This document shows, piece after piece, positions 49,536 to 64,000 of a stretch of 64,000 nucleotides of DNA. This stretch comes from Lingula anatina. Taxonomy: Eukaryota > Animalia > Brachiopoda. Under the pieces are notes generated by a model. That model was not told the origin of the DNA and did no database searches. It saw only the letters and a program-made list of their open reading frames with translations. Location: the NCBI GenBank assembly GCA_051362555.1, contig CM120649.1, positions 2,728,001 through 2,792,000 of the forward strand. The letters run 5' to 3'. Numbering within the stretch: position 1 is the first letter of the stretch; each line of letters begins with the position of its first letter. The position numbers and the translations under genes are program-made.

Positions 49536-51979
49536 AGTCTAAGTTATTTTGTATATCCAATTCCTAGATTTACTTCATTATCCAGTCATAAGGCTGTCTT
49601 CATTCTTACTAGAAACACACCTAACAATAACATTCTTCATAATGGACTTAAGTTGGACCAACACATCTAGACTGAAAATGCATCTGAAAACCCCATTCTT
49701 CTTAACAGACTTCATAAGTTGCATCAACCCATTTTGACTAGAAACACGCCTTCACTATCCCACCACATGTACATAACAGTGCAGCGTTAGCATATGCAAC
49801 CGTTCCATTAGCTGTTTAAAGAATCATGGACCATGATGTAAATTTCTCTCATTACACATCAGCGAAACCACTATATTGCCTGTTAGCATGAATCAGGTAA
49901 CCGTCGGTCATATATTATTTCACGCCATCCTTTCAAACACTCACTTTTAAGTTATTGTGATGGTATATAGACTTCACCATGACACTTGCTGGCACTGGGG
50001 CTCTATTCATTTAATGTGCTGGTTTTTTTGTGTAACGAAAATAAATTCCAAAAATCTAAGGTACATCAATCGATTATTCATTGCTTTGAGTTTGACTGTG
50101 TTAGACACATCTGATAATAAAAAAAAAAGCCATTGTGCTTCTTAACACTATGAATGATAGTTTGGGTCATGTTGCCATACACTGAATCGGGATAAAAATA
50201 CCATTTATTTGCTCTGGGCTGTTATAAGATTTTTATATTTTTGACAGTGAAATTAATGCAGTTGCTAAAAAATATCAGTACCATAAAATATTTTCAAGAT
50301 TGTCCTAATGTGTGATGCTTCCAGCGCAGCACCCGTGCCAGAAACATCAATTTTATGGACCAACAAACAAGTGCAACTAAAGATAACAGTATGGCAAGTG
50401 TTCAGAAATGACGAACAATAAACTCATCAGTTCAAGATATAGATGTCAAGCTAAAACATATGCTGCATGCAACTTGGACATAAATCACTGCCAGTTCACA
50501 TAGTCGATATCTACAGAGCCTGTATAAAGTCAAATATAAAAATGTTATATTCAATGATTGACTTAGGAAATGTCTGTAATGTCTGGAATATTTCCCTTTT
50601 ATAAAATTTATGCACTTAAAAAAAAAAAAAGCTTCATGAAAAAAACTTGCAAAAATGCATCAGTGGGTGAACAGTTTTTTAAGTCAAATTTATATTCAGT
50701 ATTTGATGAAATATTAATATGCTCAAGTGAGCCCAATGGCATACTAGTCAGTGCATTTTGGTTTTTCTTTAAGAGCACATCTGTATGTCTGTGTTTGCCA
50801 TGGCAAATGTGAATGTTTGCATTCACAAGTGCAAATGCATGCGTGGTCTAGTGCTTGTAAGTCCATGTGCTTTTTCGGCATTTGGAAGATGCACGAGTAT
50901 GAGCTTGCATTTTAAAGGTAATTTTATACTTATTAATAAATAAACAAACATATTAATAAGAGTGCATGTCCAGTATGGTTCTCGAAAACAAATAACGATG
51001 AAGTCCCTTTAATATACCACTTAAGCCAATGTTGCCAAGCCCTTGATGACAATGCCTTTAGACATCAGACAGGAAATGAAATAATGGAAATTATTCTGGA
51101 AATTGTATTCCAGTCATTTCCACAAGCTGCATTAATCAGGGGTGAAACGAGGCCGCTTTTCTGTATCATCCAAAAGCCATAACTGTATCGAAAGATGATG
51201 ATAATAATGTACAAATGGTTCTGAAACAGTAGCTGTTTGTTTGTTTGTTGTTATGATATATCTTAAATTTAATTAGATACAGCAATTAAAAGGGGCACTT
51301 GACATCATAATTATGCATACACGTTGGCATACCTTTTTTTCTCTCCGAAATACGATCTGTCATCTAAACTAACATGGTTCTACCCAACTAATAAAAGAAT
51401 AAAGCAATCAGATTTTGTCCCTCTGTGTCACGATATAGTCAAAAGCCATGTCCAGTGATAAAGATTTCACTTCAGTCTTGGATATCCTTACCACTTGTGA
51501 TGATATTCCAATATACACTATTTTCCTTGTATTATTTGAAAAATATAAGCGAACATACTAAAAGTAAAGCTGATGCATACTACACAATATATTCCCAGAA
51601 CTAGTTAAAGTGGCAATTCTTGCTGAAAAAATAGGGCAAAAATATAAGAACAAGGTGTTTTAAACCCATGAGCCATTACCGTAAACCTAATCCACAGACT
51701 TGATCTCCCAACTGTGTTGCCCTCTACATACTGCAGGCTGCATGGAAATACTTTCCAGGCACTGGAAGCCTCTCAGGAGAACTCTTATCTAAATGTTCCA
51801 CACTCTTACAAATATGAGCATATTTGAGCAACGCTAATAATTTCTCTCATGTCTCCACGATGTCTTTATTCTATTGCAGCATTTGGAATGATATTGCAGT
51901 CATTTCATTCTGGTTTAAAAATGGACTGGTGCATGGCATTAATACCAATTTATCTTGGGCCAAATTCAAATGAAAATTT

Positions 51980-52292
51980 GGATAAAGATATTTTGTGATA
52001 CATAAAGATATTTTGTGATACATAAAGATGTTTTGTGATACATAAAGATATTATGTGATAGATATTGTGATATATAAAGATATTTTGTGATACATTAAGA
52101 TATTTTGTGATACATAAAGATGTTTTGTGAAACATACAGATATTATGCGATATATAGACATTACGTGATACATTAAAATGTTTTTTGATACATAAAGATA
52201 TTATGTGATAGATATTGTGATACATAAAGATATTATGTGATAGATATTGTGATACATAAAGATATTATATGATATGTAAAGCTATTATGTGA
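51980..52292. repeat. 20-bp minisatellite (GATACATAAAGATATTTTGT)n, degenerate
   Basis: About 15 units visible. Confidence 0.9.
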
Positions 52293-52465
52293 TGCAAGCT
52301 CCTGGAATTCTGCAGTCTGGTGGAGGTGGTTCTAGAAACTTAAGGCTGTGAACTGCATGCTTATCAAATGTCACTGGTCAGAAATAGAACAAGAAAGAAT
52401 CCATTCTACTTGGTGTGCATGAAGGCACCAACTTGAGTCTGGAAAGGTCTAAAAGAGAGTGTTTA

Positions 52466-52717
52466 AGGTCCCATTCCCATACCTAGATTGATCTAGCAGG
52501 ATCGACCCATATCCGAGGGGTTTCTCGCTAAATTGCCTTCAGGCTTAGTTGTCTGGCACACCTTCTGAAGCTGTTAAATGACAGTTAATTACCCCCTACC
52601 TGCTTCAGTAGGCATGCCAGACATTAGAGCCACTTAAGATGTAGGCAATTTAGCGAGAAAAACCCTCGGAGAAAGCTCTATCCTGCTAGATTGATCTAAT
52701 TATGGGAATGGGGTCTA
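52466..52717. mobile_element. MITE, CCCATTCCCA family
   Basis: AGGTCCCATTCCCATACCTAGATTGATCTAGCAGGAT / ATCCTGCTAGATTGATCTAATTATGGGAATGGGGTCT. Confidence 0.7.
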
Positions 52718-53633
52718 GGAAACCATCTAAGAAATCATTCTACTCTGTGTATGCATGAACACGCCTTGAATAATAAGAGACGAGAGAGGTATTACATGAA
52801 ATGTTCAAGAATCCATTCTTTTCCGGCCGTGTATGAACAGACGAACAGCTTGTGGGATGAGTGACCTTTTTGTCTAGAACAGTTTCCCAGGTATTTGATA
52901 TAACCTGTGTTTACCACAGCTTCACGCCGCGCCGCGTTTCTGAGGACATTGGAAACCCATATCTCTCCTATATATATCAGCAGAGGCATATTGAGAGCAG
53001 AGATAGGAAACCCAGGGTGTTCTGTCCACGTATGGCTGCTGACGCCAGACTATCACTATATATATTTAGAATGGTTAACATTTAGAGCGTGCTTGTCACA
53101 ATCCTGTCTCACAAACAGTCCCATTCTTCCATGAATTCAAATTTATATACTCTTAGACAAGGAGGTTAATATTCTTGAATTGTAATTCTTTAATGTTGTA
53201 AAATAAGTGATTTGATTTCTAAACAAGATAGGTTCAGAAATTGTTAATCTCTACCTATTGGTCTGGGTTCAGAGCCATCCTTTAACAAAAGTAATGAACT
53301 CTGAATGCAGCAGGATTTGTTCAAAACCTTCTTTGTCTCAGTCCAGAACCATTCATTTTTTAAGATGTGTGAAATCATCAAGAATGGTCCAAACTTGTTG
53401 ACATAAACTCTTTGGGGTCAGTTCTGAGTTTTTACTGTTTATCTGTGTGAATGCAGCAAGATTGGTTCAGAACCCACTTGGCCTCGGTTCAGAGCCATCA
53501 TTATCTTATCTGTGTGAATCCAACATGACCAGGTGAGAAACTGTTTGTGTAACCTTCTTGGCCTCAGTTGGTCAGTGGCAGACCAAGGGCAAACACCTGC
53601 CCAGCTTAATAGCTTAAAGGTGTATAGTTCGTG

Positions 53634-53690
<57 letters not shown>

Positions 53691-56368
53691 ATTATCAATT
53701 TATTGAAAAATTTTAGCAATTTTACCATTATCATCAACTATATCTGTCCACATCAACTGAGAAAATAAAGATATTAACCTGTTTCTGAGTTCTAAATTTC
53801 TCATTTTTAGCATCAGGAATCAGATTCACCTGTCTCCATCCCTATAAACAGAGTGGTTTTATCTAAAACAAGAAACTGAGAACTACAAAATGAGGTTTTC
53901 TGATTTGTGGTTCTGTGAACGCTTTAGGATATAGTATATCTTGCTAATTGTTGAAATTTCCAGGAAAAGGAACGTTTTGCTGTAAAAGGTTTTATGTTCA
54001 TTGTGTGCCTTAAATATTATGCCCTCAGTCACTTCTTACTTCTCATTTTCTGCTGGAAGTTTATGTTTCATATAAAATAAAATGAGCAATATGAATACTA
54101 CAGACTGCAGAGTACAGTGATAATCAAAGACAAAATGCTAAAGCAAAATAATTCTCTCTTTTTCATTTTCTCATTAATTTGTCAAAAAGTCATATGAAAC
54201 TGAATAAGCAACCTGAATATTTAGTTGCACCTGGATCAATCACAATAGCATCAAACAAAGATGAACTGCACTCAGGCAGAGTCATTTTCTCTTCCGCTCT
54301 TTCATTGATTTCAATAAAAATAAAGAAGATAAAAAACGCTGAGGTGATTTTGTAAACTATTTACAGCACAAAGTAACAAAATAAATTTAAATTGATCATA
54401 ATCGCCATCCATCACTCAAGACAAAATTCATTACACGATGCCTGGTCTATTCCAAGATCTCGAACTGCTTCCCCTCTAATTTTACCGCGTTAATTAAAGA
54501 TCCGCAGGGAGACCACAATTGTCAGGAGAGAGTTAACATTGATCGAAACTGTAAGCTAGGAGCTTCTGGGCCTGCTCTTCCAGAGTACAGTTAACCCTAG
54601 TGCTACACGTATTCATATTTGGATAAAAGGAGTAAAATATTGAACTACTTTGCATTTGTTCTGACAATTTTTAGTGGTACAGTGTTTGGCTCAAAATATG
54701 GTTTGTTTCAATCATTTATCTATTTGCCTTACAGAAATTATGCCCAAGGATAAACCCAAAGATGTTTATTCTTAATATTTTTTATTTATTTATTTATTTA
54801 TTTTTGCTTTTCACAAAACAGATCTTATAAAGCAACCAAATATATACATTCCTGACCTAGAAAGTTGAAAAACAAACAAGACCCAGCATCAACCACAGAA
54901 CAACTACTGCAGAGATGTTTCTCCCCTCAGACCACATATACTGACATCCAAACTCAATCGTACTGTAAAATATTGAACTGCTACCTTCTTCTGTTCTTCA
55001 TCGAGGTCAAGCTCAATCAGATTTGATGAGAATCCATATACTCCCAAGTCAAAGAAAGAAAGGCTTGATTGCGCCCCGTTTTCTACCCTACTAGTTTGCT
55101 CATTATGTTGAATACAGAACTCAGGGTATATATATACAGCTGAAATCAGTGGGATGCCACCCAAACAATATTCTTAAAAATTGGATCTCCTTCTTTACTT
55201 TTTTTAAATCTTTTTTTTTTAATTTGTTGAAAGCTAATTGATTGAGAGTCCTTACATTACATCTTCTTCCTCTTTGATTCTTTTTTTTTTTTTTTTAACC
55301 AACTGATAATAGCTTAACAATGTTTCCCTGCTTAAATGGACCAATTTGTGAAAATTGATCTTTTTTTTCTCTTTTTTTGCTAAGAACCAGCTGAATACAA
55401 CCTATGGGATACACTTAATAGTCCCTCAACACTATAAAACAACAGCTGATCCTGTAAGTAAGAATCAATCAGGATAAAAATTTTACAAACTGTTTTCTAT
55501 ACAAAGTGAAACTTGTTTGCAATATTTTATGCATAGACCATACTTATTTCCCTCCTACTAGGGTATTATTAAGAGAAGCAAGTATTTCAGTTCTTCTGGG
55601 AGCAAATTTTTATCTGTATCAATTACATCCACCACAGCCTAGAAACTTAAACCTATGCTGACTGCTATGAAATAATCTCTACTTGAAATAGTTTTTTAAA
55701 AATTCTGGTGTTAAAGTTGGGACCAATTTTCAGTCTAAAATTCTTCTGTGCAACCAGCACCAGACAATCTGCTGTGAAAGGGTTGCTCCAAGGTGGGTCA
55801 ACCTAACTTCATTAGAAATCCGACTAAAGCCACCATGCCCCTAGGGGACAAGCACACATATTGACTATCTTCTACAATGATCTAAACACTATCAGCCTAG
55901 CTGATGGGGAGAGTTGCACTGATTGAGATGGGACTAGCTTGACTGGAAATATGACTGAAGCTGCAATGCACCTATTGGAAAAACACACAGATAGACTACT
56001 GACTTCCATGCTTCACCAATCACAATCAGACATTCTGATGGGCAAGTGTTGTGCAAAGTACGGTGGACCCAGCTTGACTGTAAATGCAACTGAAGCTACA
56101 ATGCACCTTTGGGACAAGTACACAGGTCCCTCACTGCCTCCTTGTAACATCTGATCTCCTGGAAAACAAATCAATCTCAACACAAGACATGCAGTACGGT
56201 AATTACTCACAGATTTCGAACAAATCACTGGTTTCAGTTTCATACTTTTCCAAGCTTAATGGTAATTTTTTTCATAATTCATAAGTCACTTACTCACGCA
56301 TGCATAGAACTGAGCAATAAGAGTCAAGTCATGCACTGATTTTCTTGTATCTGTTCAGTATGGCTGTA

Positions 56369-56404
<36 letters not shown>

Positions 56405-56457
56405 GTCTTTTGCTCTCTCTCTCTCTCTCGCCCTCTCTCTCTCTCTGTCTGTCTTTT

Positions 56458-56494
<37 letters not shown>

Positions 56495-57003
56495 CATAAC
56501 CTAAATGAACTTTAGGTACTAGTAACCTAAATGAACTGAGGGCACTAGTTTCTTATTGACTTTGCTACACAATAAACACTTCCCACATGTGTCACAGTCT
56601 CAGAAGGTGAGGAAACTGGTCAGGACTAAAACAGAAAATCAATCAAAAATACTTCAGAAAAATCTGACGTTGTCAGATGTTTAAAAAAATCTAAATTTCC
56701 ACAATAAAAGTACTAAGAAGAAATGTACTTAACCTTGGTTCACTTTTGTCTATTCACAACAACATTTTGTCTGAAATAGTATCAGTACACTTCTCGGATA
56801 TTTTGGCTTATTTTTGGCCATGCATTACCCACTTCCCCTGCTCCTCCCCTCTCAAAAAATAAATAAATTTATAAATAAACATAAAAAGGAAAAGCATCAG
56901 GGAATAATAAATACCATTTCATTCCAAAATAATAATTAATTACTTTTATCATCTCCTCAAAAATGCTTTCATTTTACACAAAGTTCAGTAGATCTTAAAC
57001 TGG

Positions 57004-57050
<47 letters not shown>

Positions 57051-57953
57051 CTAGTATATGCACTGAGCATTAAGATGAACAGACCCTGTCAATATTACAT
57101 CAAACACACAACTAAAAGGTTAATTCCCACGAGCCTATTCAGCGCCTCTGTAAAAAAAACTTACCATCCAAGTGCATCAATAATGTAAACTAAAAGGCCA
57201 TCTCATTTATCATGTTTCATAACATTGCCATAAGAATGACAGCAACTGTGTTTTAACCAAGATACATAATTCATAGTCTTCACAAAAAGGACATTATCTT
57301 AGCTTAAGTAATTGATCAATATTTTTGCACGCATTTTATTGAAAATGCACAATTCTCGCGACAGTACCATGCCAAATTAGCCGAGCAACAATTATTTATC
57401 CAGCTAATGAATACCGCTGAGCAAAGCCCAATGTTAACATGGTCGCCAGGCAAAGTTTTCTCGTAGAACGAACAGTGGCAATCACTCCGAGTTAAAGGGA
57501 AAATTATGTTTGTGAAGATTAAGGACAATGCCTATTGATAACAGATAAAGAGAGAACACGATTATGAGCAAGTGACCACCCACGCTACAGCTGAAACTCT
57601 AGACGCGTTTTTAACCAAACTATCTTAGACTAGCTGCAGGAAGTAGACAGCTTGATTGCAATTAAAGTTCTGGATCAAATGGGGAAGCTAATAGTGCTGA
57701 AATTACCTGAAAACTTCAAAAGCTTTACTCATTTCAGCACTCCACCTTTTCAGGATTTATTATACTACCCCCCCCCCCCCCCCCAACAGAAAAAAAAAAG
57801 AAGAAAAGAAAAAAAAAGAAAGACTTTTCTGACATGAATCCAACTAGCTTCTAAGAACTTTATGAATCAACATTTCTAGATAATGACAAAATAATATTTT
57901 AGAGAATATGACAAAAATTCATTTTATACACATTTAAGAAGTTATCCCAGTAA

Positions 57954-58060
<107 letters not shown>

Positions 58061-60150
58061 TCCTGCATGCGTGTGGGTGCTCGAACACATGCTGGTTGTA
58101 TTCAAACCATCTATTTCCTGGGGTTCTTCTGCAAACTGCTTTGGCTAAAAACAGTTCTTGATGCGAGACCTAAGATCACATCTACAAACCTCTGTACCAG
58201 TATCAACTTCAGTGTATTCTTCAACAAGAAAACATGATGGCAAACAGGCAGTAGCCAGCGGCGACTTAAAACTGTCAAACATTTGGATTCATTAATACAA
58301 ATTACAAACCATATTGACTTGGCAAACTGTTAAGTGACAACATGATAAAGTTAATCAAATGAGATATCGACCTGCTCCAATGTTTGCAAATGGTTAAAAA
58401 TAATTCAATTGCACTGGCTTCTGTAAAAATATACTCCTGGTTAACACAGACTATTGTATGCTGATGCCTGATGTTGGGTTTTGACAGCAAGCAAAAGCTG
58501 AGGGTTTTTTAATATCTGGGCTTATTAACCTTAGCTTCACTTTTGGGCATAGTACATGATAGGTATTGTTGTTTTTAAACATCAGATAACATAATTATGA
58601 CTTGAGTACTTTAAATAGGATTTTATTTAAAAATATATATAAGTACACAGCCAACATGAGAGCAACCAAATCAGCTGTAATTTTAATTTTTGTACATGTA
58701 AGTTTAATTAACAGCAAATGTAATAAAGATATTAAAGACCCTGACACTTATAGCACATATGCACATTATAAGCTTACTGGCCTTTTTTGTTTTGTTTAAT
58801 TTCCTTCTGTAACTGTAAAACTTTTTACATTTTGAGTCTTATCAATTGAGTGCAGGATGGCAAAAATGAAATACAATTTCAGATATTCTATAAATTTGCA
58901 TTGTCTGTGAAAAAGATCTGACAAGAATCTGAAGGGGAGAAAATAAAACAAATGGGGGGGGGGGGGAGAGAGGGGGGGGATAAATTTCCTTCCAACTTTG
59001 TGATAACATAATCAATTTGGTTTGACCTATATGAATGAAGTTTCTACCAAAATATGATGTCTTTGTCCTTTTCATTGCTAAAAGTGATCATCATTTGCCA
59101 GACCTTTCTTCATAGAAAAAAAAAACAGAGCAAAACAAATGTACATTCTGTAAATCTTAAAAGCTTCATGAATAATGATTTATATATAAAGCATGACCAA
59201 ACAGACGGTACAACAGTACCTGCATGATTGCAAGGAAATATATACATGATTTGCTATCCTCATTTGTTAACAGACATCAATTATCACGGAAAACTAAGCC
59301 ATTTGTAAAACACTGGGCATCATATCGCTATTTACTTAAAAGTCACTAATGGCGGTTGCAGGTAAATATCGTATTCCAAGCTGTAGTATGCTGGTGATAT
59401 ATTTTCACGCCACCAAAAACCAACAGTATATCATTAATGCTTTGGCTTTAATCTTTGGCTTTAATGTTCTGCTGGTAGGATTAAGGTAGTATTCACGCTG
59501 ACTACTCCATATTTCATTCCTTGTGAGCTGTAGCCAAAATATATACTTAAAACAGATTACCTTTGATATGGCTTTATATAATGGAGGTTGTTTTTCACAG
59601 TTCTCTCTTTCTCTGTCTTTCTCTTTCTACGAGTGGTGTGTGTGTTTGTGTGTGTGTGTGTGTTTGTATGTGTGTTTGTGTTTGCGTGTGTTTGTATGTG
59701 TGTGTGTATGTGTGTGTGTGTTTGTATGTGTGTGTGTTTGTGTGTGTGTTTATCAATATGTCTCTTCTGTTTTATCAATTGCTCTCTTCTGTTTCCTCCT
59801 TCCCAATCCCTCTCTCTGTTTCTCTCTCTCTACATGTTGCCCCCTTCCCCTCCCCCCCTCCCCCATTTTCAGAGTATGGGAAGGGGCATTTCTCTGTCCA
59901 GATTAAATTCTCTGCCACCATCTCACTCCGTGGAATGGCAGTATGCTGGTAAACCCCGGCTTCTTCAAGTTCATGGCTGCATCATCTACAATTTGCACAA
60001 TATGAAATGAAAACTAGAACCCCTACAAGGAAAAGGGCCAAAAGTATAAATTCATACAATATCAAGAGACTGTGAATCAGTTGAAATTGCAATCATTTCT
60101 TTCCCTCCTTTATAACTATCTAACATTTTATTTTTAAAAATGCTTTACCC

Positions 60151-60186
<36 letters not shown>

Positions 60187-60276
60187 GTTTATTATTATTA
60201 CCACAACCTCCTTTATTGGCAGAGGTTAATACGTCCATTTGCAACAAGGGTGAATACCTATATAAGTTATAAATAT

Positions 60277-60486
60277 GCTCTGTTCACAAGCAAGTTGGGC
60301 CTGGTTTAACTGAGCCGTCGCTCACATATGGCTTGTACTTGAAACTATACAGCGCAATCCTTGCATGGAGGATGTGTATGGGAGGCGGGGAATCAGTTAG
60401 AGGATATGCGGCTTGCTTTCAAGTGTGTGTCATATTTGAGCCACGCCTCAGTTAGACCGTGGCTCAACTTAGTTGTGAACAGACCC
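60277..60486. mobile_element. MITE
   Basis: TIRs GCTCTGTTCACAAGCAAGTTG / CAACTTAGTTGTGAACAGACC, with internal arms AACTGAG..GCTCACATATG / CATATTTGAGC..CTCAGTT. Confidence 0.6.
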
Positions 60487-60587
60487 ATAGCGTACTAGCA
60501 ACATACCAGCATAAATGTGACATGATCCGCATAATCTACTATGATTTAGTTCAACATTCAGTTCCAACCACACTAAAGACACCCCTA

Positions 60588-60758
60588 AGGCCACATTCAG
60601 AACAGTGGACTAACTTGTCCGAGGGTCAATTATGCATACTAGCATATTTCCCCACGGGGAATCCATTCAGTGTCTATTTGCCATTTAGATGGCAAGTTTT
60701 TAAGTGGGTCTCCATATTTGACTTGCAGACTAGTTAGTCCTCTGTTTTGATGTGGCCT
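60588..60758. mobile_element. MITE, CACATTCAGAAC family (Harbinger-like ends)
   Basis: AGGCCACATTCAGAACAGTGGACTAACT / AGTTAGTCCTCTGTTTTGATGTGGCCT. Confidence 0.7.
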
Positions 60759-62179
60759 ACAAGTCATTACATTGCTTCTCCATTGTCCTCCTGGCATTTG
60801 TCGCAGCAGTGTCCTGCAAGGCTGTATGTTAATTACTCATAAGTTGCATACACTTCTCGTTGTTCAATACTTCATATTTTCCGGCTATAGTTGTCAGTGA
60901 CTTTTGAAAACACATTTTTGTGTTTTTATACTTTTTCCTTTTAGATGTCCCTAATAAAGTAATATTTAAGAAAAACATTACACTCATTTACTTGTGTCAT
61001 GTCAAATTGTCTGTGTCATAATTACATGCCAGAAAAATTAAAAGTGAATTGGAAAATTACCACTTCAAGTTCATCTGGATTGACCAAAACCATCATGCTG
61101 AATATAAAACATGGTTCATTTTAAGGTGCATGTAGACAGGCGTCATTTCACTGGATCCTGGTATTATTAAGTCTGTCTGATTGGACTCATCTCGTGACAG
61201 TCTACATAAGACTGTCTGTGTAAAACCAAGTGAGATTTTACAGGATTTGGACGAAAGTGGTGACAGACATGAGAAATAATGGCAGACAAGATGGTGCAGC
61301 ACAGTAACAAACAAGAGAAGCCAGAATTTATCGGCAGATATTTCTCTGGTTGTTTTCTTTTCAGTTCTGTAGAATTATCGTCTCTTCAACAACAGTACGT
61401 ATTTGCTAAAATTTTGGTGTTACTTTGGAATTTCTTTCTAAGAGGGCATTCCTGGTGCGTTTCATCCACTTGGTTTAAAAGAAAATAATCCCACCTCATG
61501 CAAATTATCACACTTTTTCTTGTCTTGTTCATATATGTACAATGTCAGCAGTTCCGTCTGCCAGGTTTTAAGCTGTTGACAATTACCATTTCATTGTGTG
61601 CTGTCACGTACCAATTATGTTGTGACTTTCATTAAATATTTTTATTCAGAATTACTCCTCTGTGCATTGCATTTGCTTTGTATGATCTTGCTTGCACATT
61701 GTGAATTTGAGGTAGAAAAATTGCCATTGACTAATTTATATTATGTATAATAATGTAAAATAATTGCTGCCGTTTAATAATACTGTGGTATTCAGAGAGT
61801 GCTTTTAGTCCATAGTGTTCCTTTGTGTTTTACAAAGGCTTTGCACAATCTTGCCAGCATATTGTGAACTCATGGAAGAAAAATGTGACAATGAAATATG
61901 AAATGATTTGGCTTTGGTTTTATTTCTATTATTTTCTAATACTATTATTTATTGATTATTAGTATTATACATTTTACTTGGCTTTGATTTCCTTAACAAT
62001 AAAACAAGCAGATGGAAATAGGCATTCTCATTCACCATGTTTTAATATCAAGAAGATTCCTATTTGTCAAGGCACTTAACAACAGTTACTGAAATCGGAG
62101 ATCGAACTCTAACTTCTAGTTGAAAGCAGCTGAAAGGCAGACCTGGGCTGTCTCTGGTGAAAATCTAAATTTTAATGTA

Positions 62180-62687
62180 AGGCCACATTCAGAACCATAG
62201 TTGAGATGCAGATATACAGAACTGCAGATCCAATATGGCTGACCCACATGAAAGGCTACTGCATACTAGTTAGTAATCCCCATGGCCAATCTATTCAGTG
62301 TCTACTACATATTGGGCAGGCTTTCATGTGGGTTGGCCATATCTGACTTGCAGATCTGTTAGTATGCGGATCAACGTATTCTGAATGCTCCCTAGGGACC
62401 TTTCAGATCGAGAAGAACCGAGTGCTAGCTAGACCCGACCTAAATATGGCAGACCTACATGAAAGGAAGACCACTTAATCCTGTAATGGTCTCTACGCCT
62501 CCTTCTCGACTGGTTGAATTGAGCCGAAATTTAATTACTGTGCCCCTGCAGGGATGACTTGTGGGGAGGCGTGTCAGTGACGGAGAGACTATTACAGGAT
62601 AAAGCGGTCTTCCTTTCATTTAGGTCCGCCATTTAATGGTCACGGCATAGCTTGCACCTGCCTCTTCTCGATCTGAATGGGGCCCTA
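62180..62687. mobile_element. Two abutting MITEs
   Basis: AGGCCACATTCAGAA..TTCTGAATGCTCCCT (62180-62393) is immediately followed by AGGGACCTTTCAGATCGAGAAG..CTTCTCGATCTGAATGGGGCCCT (62394-62686). Confidence 0.7.
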
Positions 62688-64000
62688 AACTCAAGGCTAG
62701 AATCACTTCAACTGAACAAACTCTCCCTGGAATGCTTTCATAAGAGTCTGTTCTTTCTTGCTCTTGACCAAGTAAGGTCACATATTTTGATAAGGTCAGA
62801 TCTCGTGAGCTTGTCTTTGGTTTTACTCATTTCCTGATTCTACATCTTCGGGCCCATTCAGTCACTAGCTGTAACAAATAATTCATGGCTAAAAAACCAG
62901 TGAAAGCATCTTCATATGAATTCTCCACATGTGAGTCATTTTTCTCCCAATTTCCGGGATAGAAATTTTATTCGAAAACACTGGATAATTTATGAGGCAA
63001 CTGCATCAGAAATCACTGGATATGTGTGCCAGTCAAAATATCAGGAATTCTTGGCTACAGACATCACGGTTTCAAAATGGTGTTTTATGATCTTTTAAGG
63101 CCATGATATTTGATTGAAATTATTGGAAAAAATATCTGCCCATGAATATTTCTTATGGCAATTTAAATTTTCAACAGGTATGTAGAACAGAATAAAAACA
63201 AAGGCCAGAACATCAAATTAAGGGCAGTAGTTTCTGTACATATATGACAAATCCAATTATGGTTGTTATTATTATTTGACCTCATTAAATATCAAATAAA
63301 TGTCTGACTTTGTTAATTAATAAGTGTCACTGATTTTAAGTGGGTTGGCCATAATTAGTCCGTAGATCTGTTAGTCTCCGGACCAACCTGTTCTGAATAT
63401 GCCCTTAGTTTCCACCCGGTACTGTACTGTACTGTACCCACATAGTCTGATTGTTATATAACTCACATCTGCCATTCAGACAACCATTACCTAGATCACT
63501 TACACTATATCAATACTATGATTGGTTTGTATATTTTGGATCCAGCAATAACTGACTGAGCCTTTTGTAAGCCACACTTATGGTAATTACTCAATACATT
63601 TGAACAATAATAATTAATGATATGAACAAAAAAAAAAGAATTTACTGCTTTATTCGTACTCTGTATTTTTTGCTATTTGTTTTTATTTTGTAACATCAAA
63701 AATTTGTTCGCAAAATTCTGACAAGTTTATTTCAGGGGGCATGATTTTGTGGATAATTGCTAGTGATCTTTTTTTAAATAAGATATTGGTAAAAGACAGG
63801 CATTTGGAATTTTTGGGTAATTACCACAATTGCCCACATTATTGCTACCCAAAACATTTTGGTACACCAATTGTGTTTCAGAAACAGGAAAATGCAATCA
63901 GCCATTTCTGGAACCACCCTCAAGGTCCTTTCACTTATGAGAGTTACCTGTTTGATAATACTCTTCCTTGAGCAACATTTGGAGGCTGTCCTTGACACAA

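Noticed and set aside
62050-62135. tRNA/SINE-head-like remnant (GATCGAACTC)
   Set aside because: Too degenerate; no cloverleaf or clear A/B box pair.

Overview
AT-rich eukaryotic genomic DNA from an invertebrate animal (the repeat landscape suggests a lophotrochozoan or similar marine invertebrate); there is no sign of prokaryotic sequence. I reconstructed four intron-containing genes by hand from splice sites and reading frames. (1) The 3' four exons of an NHL-repeat beta-propeller gene (+, <1-4635). (2) Cullin-4 (-, 15812 to <4898, 19 coding exons seen); its last exons are not in the window, so the visible NHL exons appear to lie antisense inside a CUL4 intron. (3) A class II, plant PRS4-like ribose-phosphate pyrophosphokinase (+, 17026-21789), head-to-head with CUL4. 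(4) The last two exons of a NALCN auxiliary factor, NALF/FAM155/NLF-1 (-, 32355-30884); its upstream intron apparently fills the remaining ~31 kb. The most unusual structure is in CUL4: the last 51 nt of exon 14 plus the 5' splice site occur 20 times in tandem, separated by variable (ATA)n runs, all in frame and stop-free. This makes an array of near-identical competing donors, each also a potential CAG|GT recursive splice point. CUL4 also has an AT-AC U12-type intron and a triplicated acceptor. Two Helentron-associated (HINE/DINE-like) elements with satellite arrays, many MITEs, and mini- and microsatellites are present. No rRNA, tRNA or CRISPR was found.
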